DNA from: Alphaproteobacteria bacterium
GTDB lineage: Bacteria; Pseudomonadota; Alphaproteobacteria; JACZXZ01
NCBI GenBank assembly: GCA_052143835.1
Contig: JBKQRV010000093.1
Location: forward strand, 69,387 to 133,386
DNA: 64,000 bases
Direction: 5' to 3'
Positions 55,025 through 64,000 of this stretch are shown piece after piece (within the stretch, counting starts at the first letter, position 1; every line of letters begins with the position of its first letter). Under the pieces are notes generated by a model, which was not told the DNA's origin, searched no databases, and saw nothing but the letters and a program-made list of their open reading frames with translations. Made by a program: the position numbers and the translations under genes.

Positions 55025-56024
55025 GCCGCTCGAGGGCGCGCGCGCGCGCGCGGCGGAGTTCCTGCTGCGGCGGCACCGTTTGCGCGCGGCCGAGGCGCTG
55101 CCCTGGCTTGCCGCCGTCCTCGCCTACTTCGCCTTCCCCGGTCACCTGGCGTTCGGCACGCAGCTCCTCATCATGGTGCTCTTCACGCTCTCGCTCGACC
55201 TCATCCTCGGATATGCGGGTATCGTGAGCCTGGGGCATGCGGCCTTCTTCGGCACCGGGGCCTATACGGCGGGCATGCTCGCCGCGCGCTATGGTTGGGG
55301 CGAGCCGATCACCGGCCTCCTTGCGGCGGGCGCCGCGGCCGCCCTCGTCGGCTGCATCTCGGGCTGGTTCCTCCTGCGCTATCGGGGCTTGACGCTCCTC
55401 ATGCTGACGCTTGCGACCGCCATCATGCTGCAGGAGCTCGGCAACGCGCGTGCCGACATCACGGGCGGCTTCGAGGGGCTCACCGGGATCACGATAGCGC
55501 CGCTCCTCGGCCGCTTCGATTACGACCTCTACGGCCGTACCACCTACGTCTATGCGCTCGCCGTGCTCTTCCTCATCTTCCTCCTCGTGCGACGCATCGT
55601 CTACTCGCCCTTCGGCCAGGCGCTCACCGGCATCCGCGAGAACGTGCGCCGCATGCACGCGCTCGGCTCGCCGGTGCACCGCCGGCTGGTCGTCGCCTAC
55701 ACGATCGGTGCCGCCATTGCGGGGATCGCTGGCGGGCTCTTCGCGCAGTCGAACGCCTTCGTCACCCTCGGCGTGTTCGGCTTCGACCGTTCGGCTGCGG
55801 TCCTCGTCATGCTCATCCTGGGTGGTGCTGGGCGCCTCTACGGTGCCTTCGTGGGGGCTGCCGTCTACATGCTGCTCGAGGACAGTCTTGCCAAGCTCAG
55901 CCCGGAATTCTGGCAGTTCGGCATCGGGCTTCTCCTCGTGCTGACCGTGCTTTTCGCGCGCAGGGGGCTCCTGGGGCTGATCGAGGACCTCGGCCGGCTC
56001 CTCAGCCGGAGTGCCCAGCCGTGA
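55011..56024 (+). CDS. ABC permease (LivM-like).
   Basis: LDLILGYAGIVSLGHAAFFGTGAY. Its ATG at 55011 overlaps the livH stop. Confidence 0.8.
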   Translation: MVASEPLEGARARAAEFLLRRHRLRAAEALPWLAAVLAYFAFPGHLAFGTQLLIMVLFTLSLDLILGYAGIVSLGHAAFFGTGAYTAGMLAARYGWGEPITGLLAAGAAAALVGCISGWFLLRYRGLTLLMLTLATAIMLQELGNARADITGGFEGLTGITIAPLLGRFDYDLYGRTTYVYALAVLFLIFLLVRRIVYSPFGQALTGIRENVRRMHALGSPVHRRLVVAYTIGAAIAGIAGGLFAQSNAFVTLGVFGFDRSAAVLVMLILGGAGRLYGAFVGAAVYMLLEDSLAKLSPEFWQFGIGLLLVLTVLFARRGLLGLIEDLGRLLSRSAQP

Positions 56025-56791
56025 GCGCGCCGGCACTCGAGACGCGCGGGGTCAGCATGAGCTTCGGCGCGCTTGCCGTCGCGCGCGACATCACCCTCAC
56101 GCTTCCGCGCGGGGCGCGCCGCGGGCTGATCGGACCCAACGGTGCCGGCAAGACGAGCCTCGTCGATCTGATCACGGGCGTGCTCAAGCCGTCGGCGGGC
56201 CGCGTGCTGTTGAACGGCGAGGACATCACGCACCTCTCCCAGGAGGCGCGCGCGCGGCGGGGCCTCGCGCGTACGTTCCAGATCAATCAGCTCTTCCGCG
56301 GCTTGAGCGTGCTCGACAACCTCTGCCTGGCGATCGGGGAGCGCACCGGCGCCTGCAACAACCTCTTTCGGCCCGCGGGCTCCAAGCCGGCGGTGATCGA
56401 GGAGGCGCTCGAGCATCTCGCGGCGCACCGGCTGGTCGAGGATGCGCTCAAGCCGGTCCGCGAGCTGGCCTACGGCCGCCAGCGCCTGGTCGAGATTGCG
56501 CTCGCGCTGGCGCAGCGCCCGCGCGTGCTTCTGCTCGACGAGCCCGCGGCCGGCGTGTCGTCGAGCGAGAGCCATCTCATCCTGGACGTGCTCGAGCGGC
56601 TCGACGAGGAGATCGCCATCCTCATCATCGAGCACGACATGGATGTGGTGTTCCGCTTCGCGCGCGAGATCACCGTGCTGGTGGGAGGTGCCGTGCTCAT
56701 GGAGGGCTCGCCCGAGGAGGTCGCCGCGGACGCGCGCGTGCGCGCCGTCTATCTCGGCGAGGAAGTGCGGGAACACGCGCGCCATGGCTGA
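56021..56791 (+). CDS. ABC ATP-binding protein (LivG-like).
   Basis: It has Walker A (GPNGAGKTS) and Walker B (LLLDEPAAG). There is a GTGA overlap. Confidence 0.8.
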   Translation: MSAPALETRGVSMSFGALAVARDITLTLPRGARRGLIGPNGAGKTSLVDLITGVLKPSAGRVLLNGEDITHLSQEARARRGLARTFQINQLFRGLSVLDNLCLAIGERTGACNNLFRPAGSKPAVIEEALEHLAAHRLVEDALKPVRELAYGRQRLVEIALALAQRPRVLLLDEPAAGVSSSESHLILDVLERLDEEIAILIIEHDMDVVFRFAREITVLVGGAVLMEGSPEEVAADARVRAVYLGEEVREHARHG

Positions 56792-57500
56792 GGCCGGGTC
56801 GGCACTCGAGCTCGAAGGGGTCTCGGCCGGCTACGGCGAGACGGTCGTGCTCGATGACGTGAGCCTCAGCGTCCGCGAGGGGGAGAGCATTTCCATCATC
56901 GGCCGCAACGGCGTCGGCAAGACGACGCTGCTCGCGACCGTGATGGGCCATACCAGCCTCCACCGCGGCGCCGTGCGTTTCAAGGGCCGCGACATCTCGC
57001 GTATCGCCGTGCACCGCCGCTCGCTTGCGGGGCTCGGCTACGTGCCGCAGGAGCGCGAGATCTTTCCCTCGCTCAGCTTGCGCGAGAACCTCGAGGTCGC
57101 CGCCCGCCCGGGACCGTGGACGACGGAGGCGGTGTTCGAGCTCTTCCCGCCCTTGCGCGAGCGCCAGGCGAACGGCGGCCATCAGCTCTCGGGCGGCGAG
57201 CAGCAGATGCTCGCCATCGGCCGCGCGCTCATGGGCAACCCCTCCGTCATGCTGATGGACGAGCCCTCGGAGGGCCTCGCCCCGGTCATCGTCGAGGAGC
57301 TCGCCCGCGCGGTACGGCGCCTCAGGGAGAAGGACGCGTTCACGCTCGTGCTCGTCGAGCAGAACATGCGCTTGGCGCTCGAGCTCTCGCCGCGCGCCGT
57401 CGTCATGGAGCGCGGCCGCATCGTCTATGACGGCGCCAGTGCCGCGCTCAAGGGCGACCCGGCGGCACTCGACCGGCTCATCGGCGTGGCGCGGGGATGA
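56784..57500 (+). CDS. ABC ATP-binding protein (LivF-like).
   Basis: GRNGVGKTT, LSGGEQQML, LMDEPSEGL. Confidence 0.8.
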   Translation: MAEAGSALELEGVSAGYGETVVLDDVSLSVREGESISIIGRNGVGKTTLLATVMGHTSLHRGAVRFKGRDISRIAVHRRSLAGLGYVPQEREIFPSLSLRENLEVAARPGPWTTEAVFELFPPLRERQANGGHQLSGGEQQMLAIGRALMGNPSVMLMDEPSEGLAPVIVEELARAVRRLREKDAFTLVLVEQNMRLALELSPRAVVMERGRIVYDGASAALKGDPAALDRLIGVARG

Positions 57501-57777
57501 GCTGACGCCTTGCGCACCATCGACTCGGTCGACGTCATGCCGGCTCCGCCCGCGCCGAGGCGGCGACGCGCGAGATCAGCGGGACATCGGCATTGACAGT
57601 TGCGGCGCGCCATGCACAAGCTTGCGCCGACCGCCGAAATTTGCGCGCTTCGGAACGGCCTCGGGCCGAGAACCAGAAAAGCGGGAAAATTCGGCGGCAG
57701 GGACGAGCTTTCGCGTGTCTGGCACGGGGTGCCGCCGGGGAGAGGGCGGCGGCCCCGGCGACCACTGGGAGGGAACC

Positions 57778-58980
57778 ATGAAAAGGCTTTGCATCATCGC
57801 GGCCGGCGCCTTGCTGATCGCGGCCCCGGCATTCGCCGCCGACGACACCATCACCATCGGCATGACCGTGTCGCAGACGGGCTCGCTCAACGTCGATTCG
57901 GTGGCCCAGCTCAAGGGCTCCGAGCTATGGCGCGACGAGGTCAACGAGGCGGGAGGCATCAAGGTCGGCGACAAGCGCTACAAGATCCGCTTCGTCGAGT
58001 ACGACGATCAGTCGCAGGGCGGCCGCGTCCAGCAGCTCTATACCCGGCTCATCGTCCAGGACCATGCCGAGTATCTCTTCAGCCCCTACTCCTCGGGCCT
58101 CACCGCGACGGCCGCGGTGATCAGCGAGCAATACGGCAAGATCATGGTGATCGCCGGCGGGGCGGAGGGCAAGATCTTCCAGCTCGGCAACAAGTATCTC
58201 TTCCAGGCCATCACCTCCGCCGACCACTATCTCTCGGGCGCCATCCAGGAGCTCAAGGAGAAGACCTCCCACGCCGATATCGCGTTCGTCTATTCGGACG
58301 ATCCCTTCTCCAAGGCGGTAGTAGCCGCGGCGCGCACCCAGGCCGCGGCGGCCGGGTTCAAGGAAGCGCTCGTCGAATCCTATCCCGCCTCGACCACCGA
58401 TTTCAGCCCGCTCATCAACAAGATCATCTCTTCCAAGGCCGACACGTTCATGGGCGGGGGGCACTATCCCGACGGGGCCACGCTCGCGCGCCAGCTCTAC
58501 GACCAGAAGGCCGGACTCAAGTGGGTGACGATTCTCGTCGCCCCCGACAGCCCGAAATTCGCGAGCCTCGGACCCGCGGCGGCGGGCATAACCGTACCCT
58601 CGCAATGGGAGCCGGGGGTCACATACAAGCCGGACTTCGGCCCGACGCCGGCAGCGTTCGCGAAGGAATTCGAGACCAAGGAGAAAGTCGGGGTCGACTA
58701 CCACGCGGCCTCGGGCTACATCGTGGGCCTCCTATTGCAGCACGCGATGGAGGAGGCCGGCTCGATCGAGCCCGACAAGGTGGCGGCGGTGCTCAATAAG
58801 CTCGACGTCACGACCTTCTTCGGCCGCTACAAGATCGCGACGGACGCCCAGAATCACGGCCTGCAGATCGCCCACCAGATGGTGCTGGCGCAATGGCAGA
58901 CGAAGGACGGCAAGCTCGATTTGCAGATGGTCTGGCCGGACGCGGCCAAGACCGCCAACCCGCTCTACCCGATCAATTAG
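57778..58980 (+). CDS. ABC transporter substrate-binding protein (Liv-like, HAAT family).
   Basis: It has a signal peptide (MKRLCIIAAGALLIAAPAFAADD) with an RBS (gggaggg). It is the first gene of the third KHMGF operon. Confidence 0.8.
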   Translation: MKRLCIIAAGALLIAAPAFAADDTITIGMTVSQTGSLNVDSVAQLKGSELWRDEVNEAGGIKVGDKRYKIRFVEYDDQSQGGRVQQLYTRLIVQDHAEYLFSPYSSGLTATAAVISEQYGKIMVIAGGAEGKIFQLGNKYLFQAITSADHYLSGAIQELKEKTSHADIAFVYSDDPFSKAVVAAARTQAAAAGFKEALVESYPASTTDFSPLINKIISSKADTFMGGGHYPDGATLARQLYDQKAGLKWVTILVAPDSPKFASLGPAAAGITVPSQWEPGVTYKPDFGPTPAAFAKEFETKEKVGVDYHAASGYIVGLLLQHAMEEAGSIEPDKVAAVLNKLDVTTFFGRYKIATDAQNHGLQIAHQMVLAQWQTKDGKLDLQMVWPDAAKTANPLYPIN

Positions 58981-59039
58981 GACCAGGACATGCCGGGGGG
59001 CCGGGGCCGCAACCGGCCCCCTTCGCATGAGCCGGGCGC

Positions 59040-59912
59040 ATGATCGGCCTCCTCGCCTCGATCGTGGACGGCTTGCTCGTCGGCTCGGTCTACGGGCTCG
59101 CCGCGATGGGGATCTCGCTCATCTGGGGCGTGATGGACGTGATCAATCTCACCCACGGGGCCATGATCGTGGCCGGCATGTTCGGGCTCTATCTCCTCGT
59201 CAACGACGCCGGCTTCCCGGTCTACGCGACGCTCCCGCCCGTTCTCGTCGCCGGGCTTCTCGTCGGCATCGCGCTCTATTGGATCGCCGTCCACCGCATG
59301 GTCGGCCGGCCGCCACTCATGAGCCTGCTCTCCACCTTCTCGGTCAACCTGGTGTTGATCGGTCTCGGCACCGCCAAATGGGGCACGGTGCTCTTCAACG
59401 TGCAGGTCTCGCTTCCCGGCCTCAGTCTCGGGCGCTACACCTTCCCCGGCACGCACATCATGGCGGCCGTGCTGACCGCGGTCATCGCCGGAGTCCTCTA
59501 TCTCTTTCTCTTCCATACCCGCCCGGGCAAGGCCGTGCGCGCGGTGTCGGGCAATCGCGAGGCGGCGGAGCTCGTCGGTATCCCGACGACGCGGGTGCTG
59601 GCGCTTGCCTTCGGCCTCGGCGTGGCGCTCGCCGGCGTGTCGGGCATGCTGATCGGGACGCTCTTTCCCTTCACCGTGCTCTCCGGCGACGCCTACCAGC
59701 TCAAGAGCTTCGTGGTGACGGTGCTCGGCGGTCTCGGCAATCCGACCGGCGCCTTGATCGGCGGCTTGGCGCTCGGCCTCTTCGAGGGGCTCTCGACCCC
59801 GTTCATGCCGGTGAGCTGGACCCTCGTCTTCGAGTTCGTGCTCTTCGTCGTGGTGCTGATCGCCTTCCCCGGCGGGCTCCTCAATCTGCGCTGGCGTCGG
59901 CGCGCGGGATGA
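59040..59912 (+). CDS. ABC permease (LivH-like).
   Basis: NLTHGAMIVAGMFGLY. Confidence 0.8.
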   Translation: MIGLLASIVDGLLVGSVYGLAAMGISLIWGVMDVINLTHGAMIVAGMFGLYLLVNDAGFPVYATLPPVLVAGLLVGIALYWIAVHRMVGRPPLMSLLSTFSVNLVLIGLGTAKWGTVLFNVQVSLPGLSLGRYTFPGTHIMAAVLTAVIAGVLYLFLFHTRPGKAVRAVSGNREAAELVGIPTTRVLALAFGLGVALAGVSGMLIGTLFPFTVLSGDAYQLKSFVVTVLGGLGNPTGALIGGLALGLFEGLSTPFMPVSWTLVFEFVLFVVVLIAFPGGLLNLRWRRRAG

Positions 59913-60886
59913 GCGCGCTCATGATTCTGCGCCGCCCCTTCTTCTGGATCGTGGCACTCGTCATAGCGCTCTTTGCGGCAGCACCCACGATCGGCAACAA
60001 CGTCGAGCTGCGCGAGAGCCTGCTGCTCGCCGCCGTCTACATCACGCTCGCGAGCAATCTCAACCTGATGCTCGGCTACGCGGGCTACGTCAATTTCGGC
60101 AGCATCGTCTTCTTCGGGCTCGGCGGCTATTTCTGCGTTTACTTCATCAGCGCGCTCGGCTGGGGCCTGGCGCCGGCAGCGCTCGCCGGAGGTGCCGCGG
60201 TGAGCGCCTTGGCGCTCGTCTTCGGCCTCGGCATTCTGCGCCTGCGCGGCGCCTACTTCGCGCTCGCGACCATCGGGGTCAACGAGGCGGTGATGGCCTT
60301 CGTCACCAACTTCGAGCCCTGGGGCGGGGGGACAGGCATCTATCTCTCGACCGAGCTCTTCAAGCCCTTGGGCGGCCCCGCGCGGGCGCTTTGGACCATC
60401 TACTACATCCTCGTCGCCGTGATGGGCCTCTCGCTTTATTTGAGCTACTTCATCAAGGTCTCGAAGTTCGGCCTGGGGCTGCTCGCCATCGGCCAGAACG
60501 AGGACGCGGCCGCGATCCTGGGCGTGCCCACGCCGCGCTACAAGGCGTTCGCCTACTGCGTCTCCGCCTTCCTGCCCGCGATCGCGGGCGGGCTCTATTT
60601 CTTCAAGGGCGCCTTCATCCAGCCGACCGACGCCTTCGACCTCCAGTTTTCGACCGAGGCGATCGTGGTCGCGATGCTCGGCGGCCAGGGCACGGTCATG
60701 GGTCCGGCGCTCGGCGCCTATCTCTACGAGCAGCTGCGCGGCTGGCTCCTGACCTCCGACACCTTCGCCAATTTCCAGCTCGTGATCGCGGGCGTGCTCC
60801 TGCTCATCATCGTGCTCTTCGCACCCGGCGGGCTCATGGGCTGGCTCTACGGCCGCTGGCCGCGCCTCAAGAAGGTGCTCGAATGA
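59909..60886 (+). CDS. ABC permease (LivM-like).
   Basis: NLMLGYAGYVNFGSIVFFGLGGY. There is an ATGA overlap with livH. Confidence 0.8.
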   Translation: MSALMILRRPFFWIVALVIALFAAAPTIGNNVELRESLLLAAVYITLASNLNLMLGYAGYVNFGSIVFFGLGGYFCVYFISALGWGLAPAALAGGAAVSALALVFGLGILRLRGAYFALATIGVNEAVMAFVTNFEPWGGGTGIYLSTELFKPLGGPARALWTIYYILVAVMGLSLYLSYFIKVSKFGLGLLAIGQNEDAAAILGVPTPRYKAFAYCVSAFLPAIAGGLYFFKGAFIQPTDAFDLQFSTEAIVVAMLGGQGTVMGPALGAYLYEQLRGWLLTSDTFANFQLVIAGVLLLIIVLFAPGGLMGWLYGRWPRLKKVLE

Positions 60887-61635
60887 CGGCCCTCCTCGTC
60901 ATAGAGAATCTGAGCAAGAGGTTCGGCGGCCTGGCCGCCGTGCAGGAGCTGAGCTTCACCGTCGAGGAGCACGAGATCCTCGGCCTCATCGGGCCGAACG
61001 GCGCCGGCAAATCGACGCTTTTCAACCTCATCAACGGCGTCCTTCAGCCGAACGGGGGGCGGATCACGTTCCGCGGCATCGACATCACCGGCATGGCGCC
61101 CTATCGCGTGGCGCGCGCCGGGCTCGCGCGCACGCACCAGATCGTGCAGCCGCTCCTCGGCATGACGGTGCTCGAGAACTGCACCGTCGGCGCCTGCTTC
61201 GGGCGCGAGAACCTGTCGTTCGCGCGGGCGCGGAAGGTCGCCGAGGAGGTCGCCGCCCTCGTCGGTCTCGAGGACCGCCTGGGCACGCCCGCAGCACAGC
61301 TCACGATCGCGGGCAAGAAGCGCCTCGAGCTCGCCCGCGCGCTCTCCGCGAGCCCCACGCTCCTCCTTCTCGACGAGGTGCTCGCCGGGCTCAATCGGGT
61401 GGAAGTCGAGCGCATGATCGAGGTCATACGCCGCGTGCGCGAGCGCGGCGTCAGCATCCTCATGATCGAGCACCTGATGCAGGCGATCATGACCCTCTCG
61501 GACCGCATCGTCGTGTTGAACACGGGCGAGAAGCTGGCGGAGGGCTCGCCCGCGGAGGTGGCGAACGATCCCGCCGTGATCGAGGCCTATTTGGGCGATC
61601 CCAAGATGGCCGAGGAGCTGCACGGAAGCGCATGA
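60883..61635 (+). CDS. ABC ATP-binding protein (LivG-like).
   Basis: GPNGAGKST, LLLLDEVLAGL. There is an ATGA overlap. Confidence 0.8.
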   Translation: MTALLVIENLSKRFGGLAAVQELSFTVEEHEILGLIGPNGAGKSTLFNLINGVLQPNGGRITFRGIDITGMAPYRVARAGLARTHQIVQPLLGMTVLENCTVGACFGRENLSFARARKVAEEVAALVGLEDRLGTPAAQLTIAGKKRLELARALSASPTLLLLDEVLAGLNRVEVERMIEVIRRVRERGVSILMIEHLMQAIMTLSDRIVVLNTGEKLAEGSPAEVANDPAVIEAYLGDPKMAEELHGSA

Positions 61636-61636
61636 A

Positions 61637-62353
61637 ATGAGCGAGCCGGTATTGCAGGTCGAAGCACTCGAGGCGGGCTACGGCGAGGTCCAGGTCCTAT
61701 GGGGCATCTCGCTCTCCGCGGCGCGCGGCCAGCTCACCACCATCGTAGGCGCCAACGGCGCCGGCAAGACCACCACGCTCCGCGCGGTCGTCGGCAGCAT
61801 CCCGCCGTGGCGCGGGCGCGTCCTCTTCGAGGGAGAGGATGTGACGCGGCTCGCACCCCATGCCAAGGCGGCGCGCGGCCTCGTGCTGGTTCCCGAGGGG
61901 CGCCAGCTCTTCGCCGCCATGACGATCGGGGAGAACCTCGAGATGGGGGCCTACTCCCCGCGCGCCGCGCGCAAGTTCGCCGCTCGCCTCGAGCAGGTCT
62001 TCGCCCTTTTCCCGCGCCTCAAGGAGCGCCGCCATCAGAAGGCCGGCACACTCTCCGGCGGCGAGCAGCAGATGTTGGCGATCGCGCGCGGCCTCATGTC
62101 CGGTCCGGATATCCTGATCATCGACGAGCTCTCGCTCGGCCTGGCGCCCCTCGTGGTGTACCAGCTCTTCGGCACGCTCAAGGAGCTCAAGGCTTCCGGG
62201 CTCACCATCCTGCTCGTCGAGCAGAACGTCCATCTCGCCTTCGCCACGAGCGACCATGCCTACGTCATCGCCGACGGGCGTCTCTTCACCGAAGGCCCGC
62301 CCGCCGACCTCGCGGCACGGCCGGAGATCAGGCAGGCGTATCTCGGGCTGTGA
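61637..62353 (+). CDS. ABC ATP-binding protein (LivF-like).
   Basis: GANGAGKTT, LSGGEQQML, LIIDELSLGL. Confidence 0.8.
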   Translation: MSEPVLQVEALEAGYGEVQVLWGISLSAARGQLTTIVGANGAGKTTTLRAVVGSIPPWRGRVLFEGEDVTRLAPHAKAARGLVLVPEGRQLFAAMTIGENLEMGAYSPRAARKFAARLEQVFALFPRLKERRHQKAGTLSGGEQQMLAIARGLMSGPDILIIDELSLGLAPLVVYQLFGTLKELKASGLTILLVEQNVHLAFATSDHAYVIADGRLFTEGPPADLAARPEIRQAYLGL

Positions 62354-62439
62354 GCGAGGGAGCTCGTCCTCCTCGCGTCACCCGCTTTGAAGCTCGCCGG
62401 TGAGGGCAGGGCAACTGCATTTGAATATTTATGAATGCG

Positions 62440-62560
62440 ATAATCCGTCGTCCCGGCGAAAGCCGGGACCCATTCGTGAGCAGGTGCGGCGTATTTCCAT
62501 TCTCCAACAATGGCGATCCTGATCAATGGATACCGGCTTTCGCCGGTAATGACGCGGTCG
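62440..62560. repeat. MITE/REP-like element with roughly 20-bp terminal inverted repeats (cgtcgtcccggcgaaagccggg / ccggctttcgccggtaatgacg).
   Basis: The termini are directly visible. Translating it gives VPAFAGTT-type peptides (ORF 62260..62580). A related degenerate copy lies at 48490..48615. Confidence 0.6.
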
Positions 62561-62620
62561 GTAGCGTGCGGAATCACCAAATGCGGTTACCCTGCCTCTC
62601 GAGGCGGCGGGGAGATGCCG

Positions 62621-63568
62621 CTACGCCTTGCCCTCCAGCCCGTCGCTCACAGCGACGTTCTCGGGCTCGAGTGCCAGGCCCGCGGCCTTGGCCTCGAGTG
62701 CCAGGAGGGCCGCGAAATCACAATCCACATAGCCGTTGCCGATGAGGCTCTGCACGATCTCGCGCACCGCGGCCGCAAGCGGCATGGGAACCGCGAGCTC
62801 GCGCGCGGCGGCGAGGCCGAGATCGAGATCCTTCCTCAACAGCACGGGCGTGAAGGTGGGGGTGAAGTCGAGGTTGACGAAGGCCGGCGTCTTGTAGCGG
62901 CTGAAGGCCGAGCCGAGCACGCTCTTGTTGACGAAGTCGAGGAAGGCGTGACGCTTGACGCCCGCCTTCTCGGCCAAGACCATGATCTCGGCGAGCGACT
63001 GTGCTAACACGCCGAGCAGCACGTTGTGGCAAATCTTGACGATGCGCGCGCGCTCGCCCTCGCCGACGTAGCTCACCCCTTGGCCGAGGGCCGCGAGATA
63101 GGGCGCTACCTCCTCGTAGGCGGTCTTGGGACCCGAGACGACGAGGCTGAGCCGGCCGGCCTTGACCGCCTTGGCGTTGCCGCTCACGGGGGCCGCGAGG
63201 AAGGCCGCACCCGCCGCCGCGGCGCGCGCGCGCGCCTCGGCCGAGGCCTCTTGGGAGACGGTCGAGCAGTCGATGATGATCTTGGGCGCCTTGCGTTCAC
63301 GCGAGAGCAGGCCCGCGGGGCCGGAGAGCACCTCGAGCAGATCGGCCGAGGCCGACACCATGGTGAAGACGATTTGGCACTCGGCGAGCTCTGCGGGTGT
63401 TGCCACGATCTTTGCGCCCAAGGGGGCGAGCGGCTCGGCCTTGCTGCGCGTGCGGTTGTAGGCGGCAAGCTCGCAGCCCCTCTTCAAGAGGCGCGAGGCC
63501 ATCGAGAATCCCATGCGGCCGAGGCCGATCCAACCGAGCGTGTGCTTGTCGAGGGTCGCGTTCGTCAT
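62621..63568 (-). CDS. NAD(P)-dependent 3-hydroxyisobutyrate-dehydrogenase-family oxidoreductase (6-phosphogluconate-dehydrogenase-like NAD-binding domain).
   Basis: It has an N-terminal Rossmann motif (LGWIGLGRMGFSMASRL), an SSPG-equivalent (CSTVS) and the catalytic GxxxxxK region (PVSGNAKAVKAG). The start coordinate is uncertain by about 1-3 nt. Confidence 0.65.
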   Translation of the reverse strand: MTNATLDKHTLGWIGLGRMGFSMASRLLKRGCELAAYNRTRSKAEPLAPLGAKIVATPAELAECQIVFTMVSASADLLEVLSGPAGLLSRERKAPKIIIDCSTVSQEASAEARARAAAAGAAFLAAPVSGNAKAVKAGRLSLVVSGPKTAYEEVAPYLAALGQGVSYVGEGERARIVKICHNVLLGVLAQSLAEIMVLAEKAGVKRHAFLDFVNKSVLGSAFSRYKTPAFVNLDFTPTFTPVLLRKDLDLGLAAARELAVPMPLAAAVREIVQSLIGNGYVDCDFAALLALEAKAAGLALEPENVAVSDGLEGKA

Positions 63569-63589
63569 CGCTCGAGAACTCCTCTTGGT

Positions 63590-63715
63590 TGCTACTCTCG
63601 CAAATTCAAGCGTCACCCCCTCCCCACCCTCCCCCTTCAAGGGGGAGGGGGAAGTTGTTGAAGTCGTCTACATAACCCCTCCCCCCTTGAGGGGGAGGGT
63701 AGGGAGGGGGGTATG
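63590..63715. repeat. REP-like palindromic element of the same family as 36190..36345.
   Basis: gcgtcaccccctccccaccctcccccttcaagggggagggggaagttgttgaagtcg...cccctccccccttgagggggagggtagggagggggg. Confidence 0.8.
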
Positions 63716-63722
63716 ACAAGCC

Positions 63723-63980
63723 CTAATACGGATTGGCGATCGGCAGCTCCTCGGCGGGGTAGAGCGTGATCACCTTGCAGCCACGGTCGGTGACGACGAT
63801 CTCCTCCTCGATGCGCGCGGCGGAGATGCCGTCCGTGGCCGGGCAATAGGTCTCGAGCGCGAAGACCATGCCCGACTTGATCTCCGTGGGGTCGTCGAAG
63901 GAGTTGAGGCGGCTGATGATGGGCCGCTCGTGGAGCCCCAGGCCGAGGCCGTGGCCGAATTCGAGGCCGAAGGCCTCCAT
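63723..63980 (-). CDS. C-terminal fragment of an M24-family metallopeptidase (Xaa-Pro aminopeptidase/creatinase-like). The 5' part of the gene lies beyond the window end.
   Basis: HGLGLGLHERP...GMVFALETY...EEEIVVTD is the M24 metal-ligand region. The ORF runs to the window edge. Confidence 0.6.
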   Translation of the reverse strand: MEAFGLEFGHGLGLGLHERPIISRLNSFDDPTEIKSGMVFALETYCPATDGISAARIEEEIVVTDRGCKVITLYPAEELPIANPY

Positions 63981-64000
63981 CTCGTCGCTGAAGCCGATCT

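Noticed and set aside
1-64000. Search for CRISPR arrays, rRNA or tRNA genes, transposases or integrases, and phage genes.
   Set aside because: I saw no regularly spaced direct repeats with spacers and no cloverleaf-like tRNA candidates. I saw no DDE-transposase or tyrosine-recombinase motifs and no capsid or terminase-like ORFs. The only repeats are the small REP or MITE-like elements listed above.

Overview
This is a high-GC (about 65-68% by eye) chromosomal segment that looks alphaproteobacterial (Rhizobiales-like). I found no rRNA, tRNA, CRISPR array, transposase or integrase. The window falls into two parts.

Part 1 (about 1-33.2 kb) is a cell-surface polysaccharide locus. Six tandem, same-strand, paralogous genes dominate it. 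They encode giant polytopic membrane proteins of 840-1630 aa and span 1..24156. Several carry a YfhO-like C-terminal signature (Y-x-x-[HY]-W-R-A-x-[VI]-G-G-x-x-A-x5-N-x-x-G-x-V-x-P-x-G-x-x-x-[IV]-x-x-x-Y, followed by a terminal TM helix). Four end in one or two copies of a roughly 150-aa module with the signature GW-x2-PE-x-WG-x-W-x-G ... SP-x-x-LG-x-S-x-D-x-R-x-LG. One member is a fusion of two paralog types, and a degenerate N-terminal remnant of another lies between genes. Around the array are two GT2 glycosyltransferases (polyprenyl-phosphate-sugar-synthase-like), an NAD-dependent epimerase/dehydratase, an unrelated GT-C-like membrane protein, a SAM methyltransferase, two GT4 genes, another GT2, and an orphan Wzt. 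Wzt is an ABC-transporter NBD with a C-terminal glycan-binding domain, and no adjacent Wzm permease is present.

Part 2 (33.4-64 kb) is metabolic and transport genes:
- an LLM flavin oxidoreductase and a MarR regulator;
- three complete branched-chain-amino-acid-type (HAAT, LivKHMGF-like) ABC transporter operons;
- a GST (possible maleylpyruvate isomerase), gentisate 1,2-dioxygenase and an FAH-family hydrolase, which together suggest a gentisate pathway;
- a cupin, GT2 and membrane-protein module;
- an acyl-CoA synthetase, an SDR, a DUF924 protein, a SPOR-domain lipoprotein, a class IV aminotransferase, a 3-hydroxyisobutyrate-dehydrogenase-like gene and a truncated M24 peptidase.

Two small repeat families are present. 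A G/C-run palindromic REP-like element occurs at about 36190-36345 and 63590-63715. A MITE-like element with cccggcgaaagccggg termini occurs at about 62440-62560, with a degenerate copy at about 48490-48615.

Many long antisense or shadow ORFs in the track are high-GC artefacts. The ORF track shows GTG/TTG starts as M, so several start coordinates are approximate.
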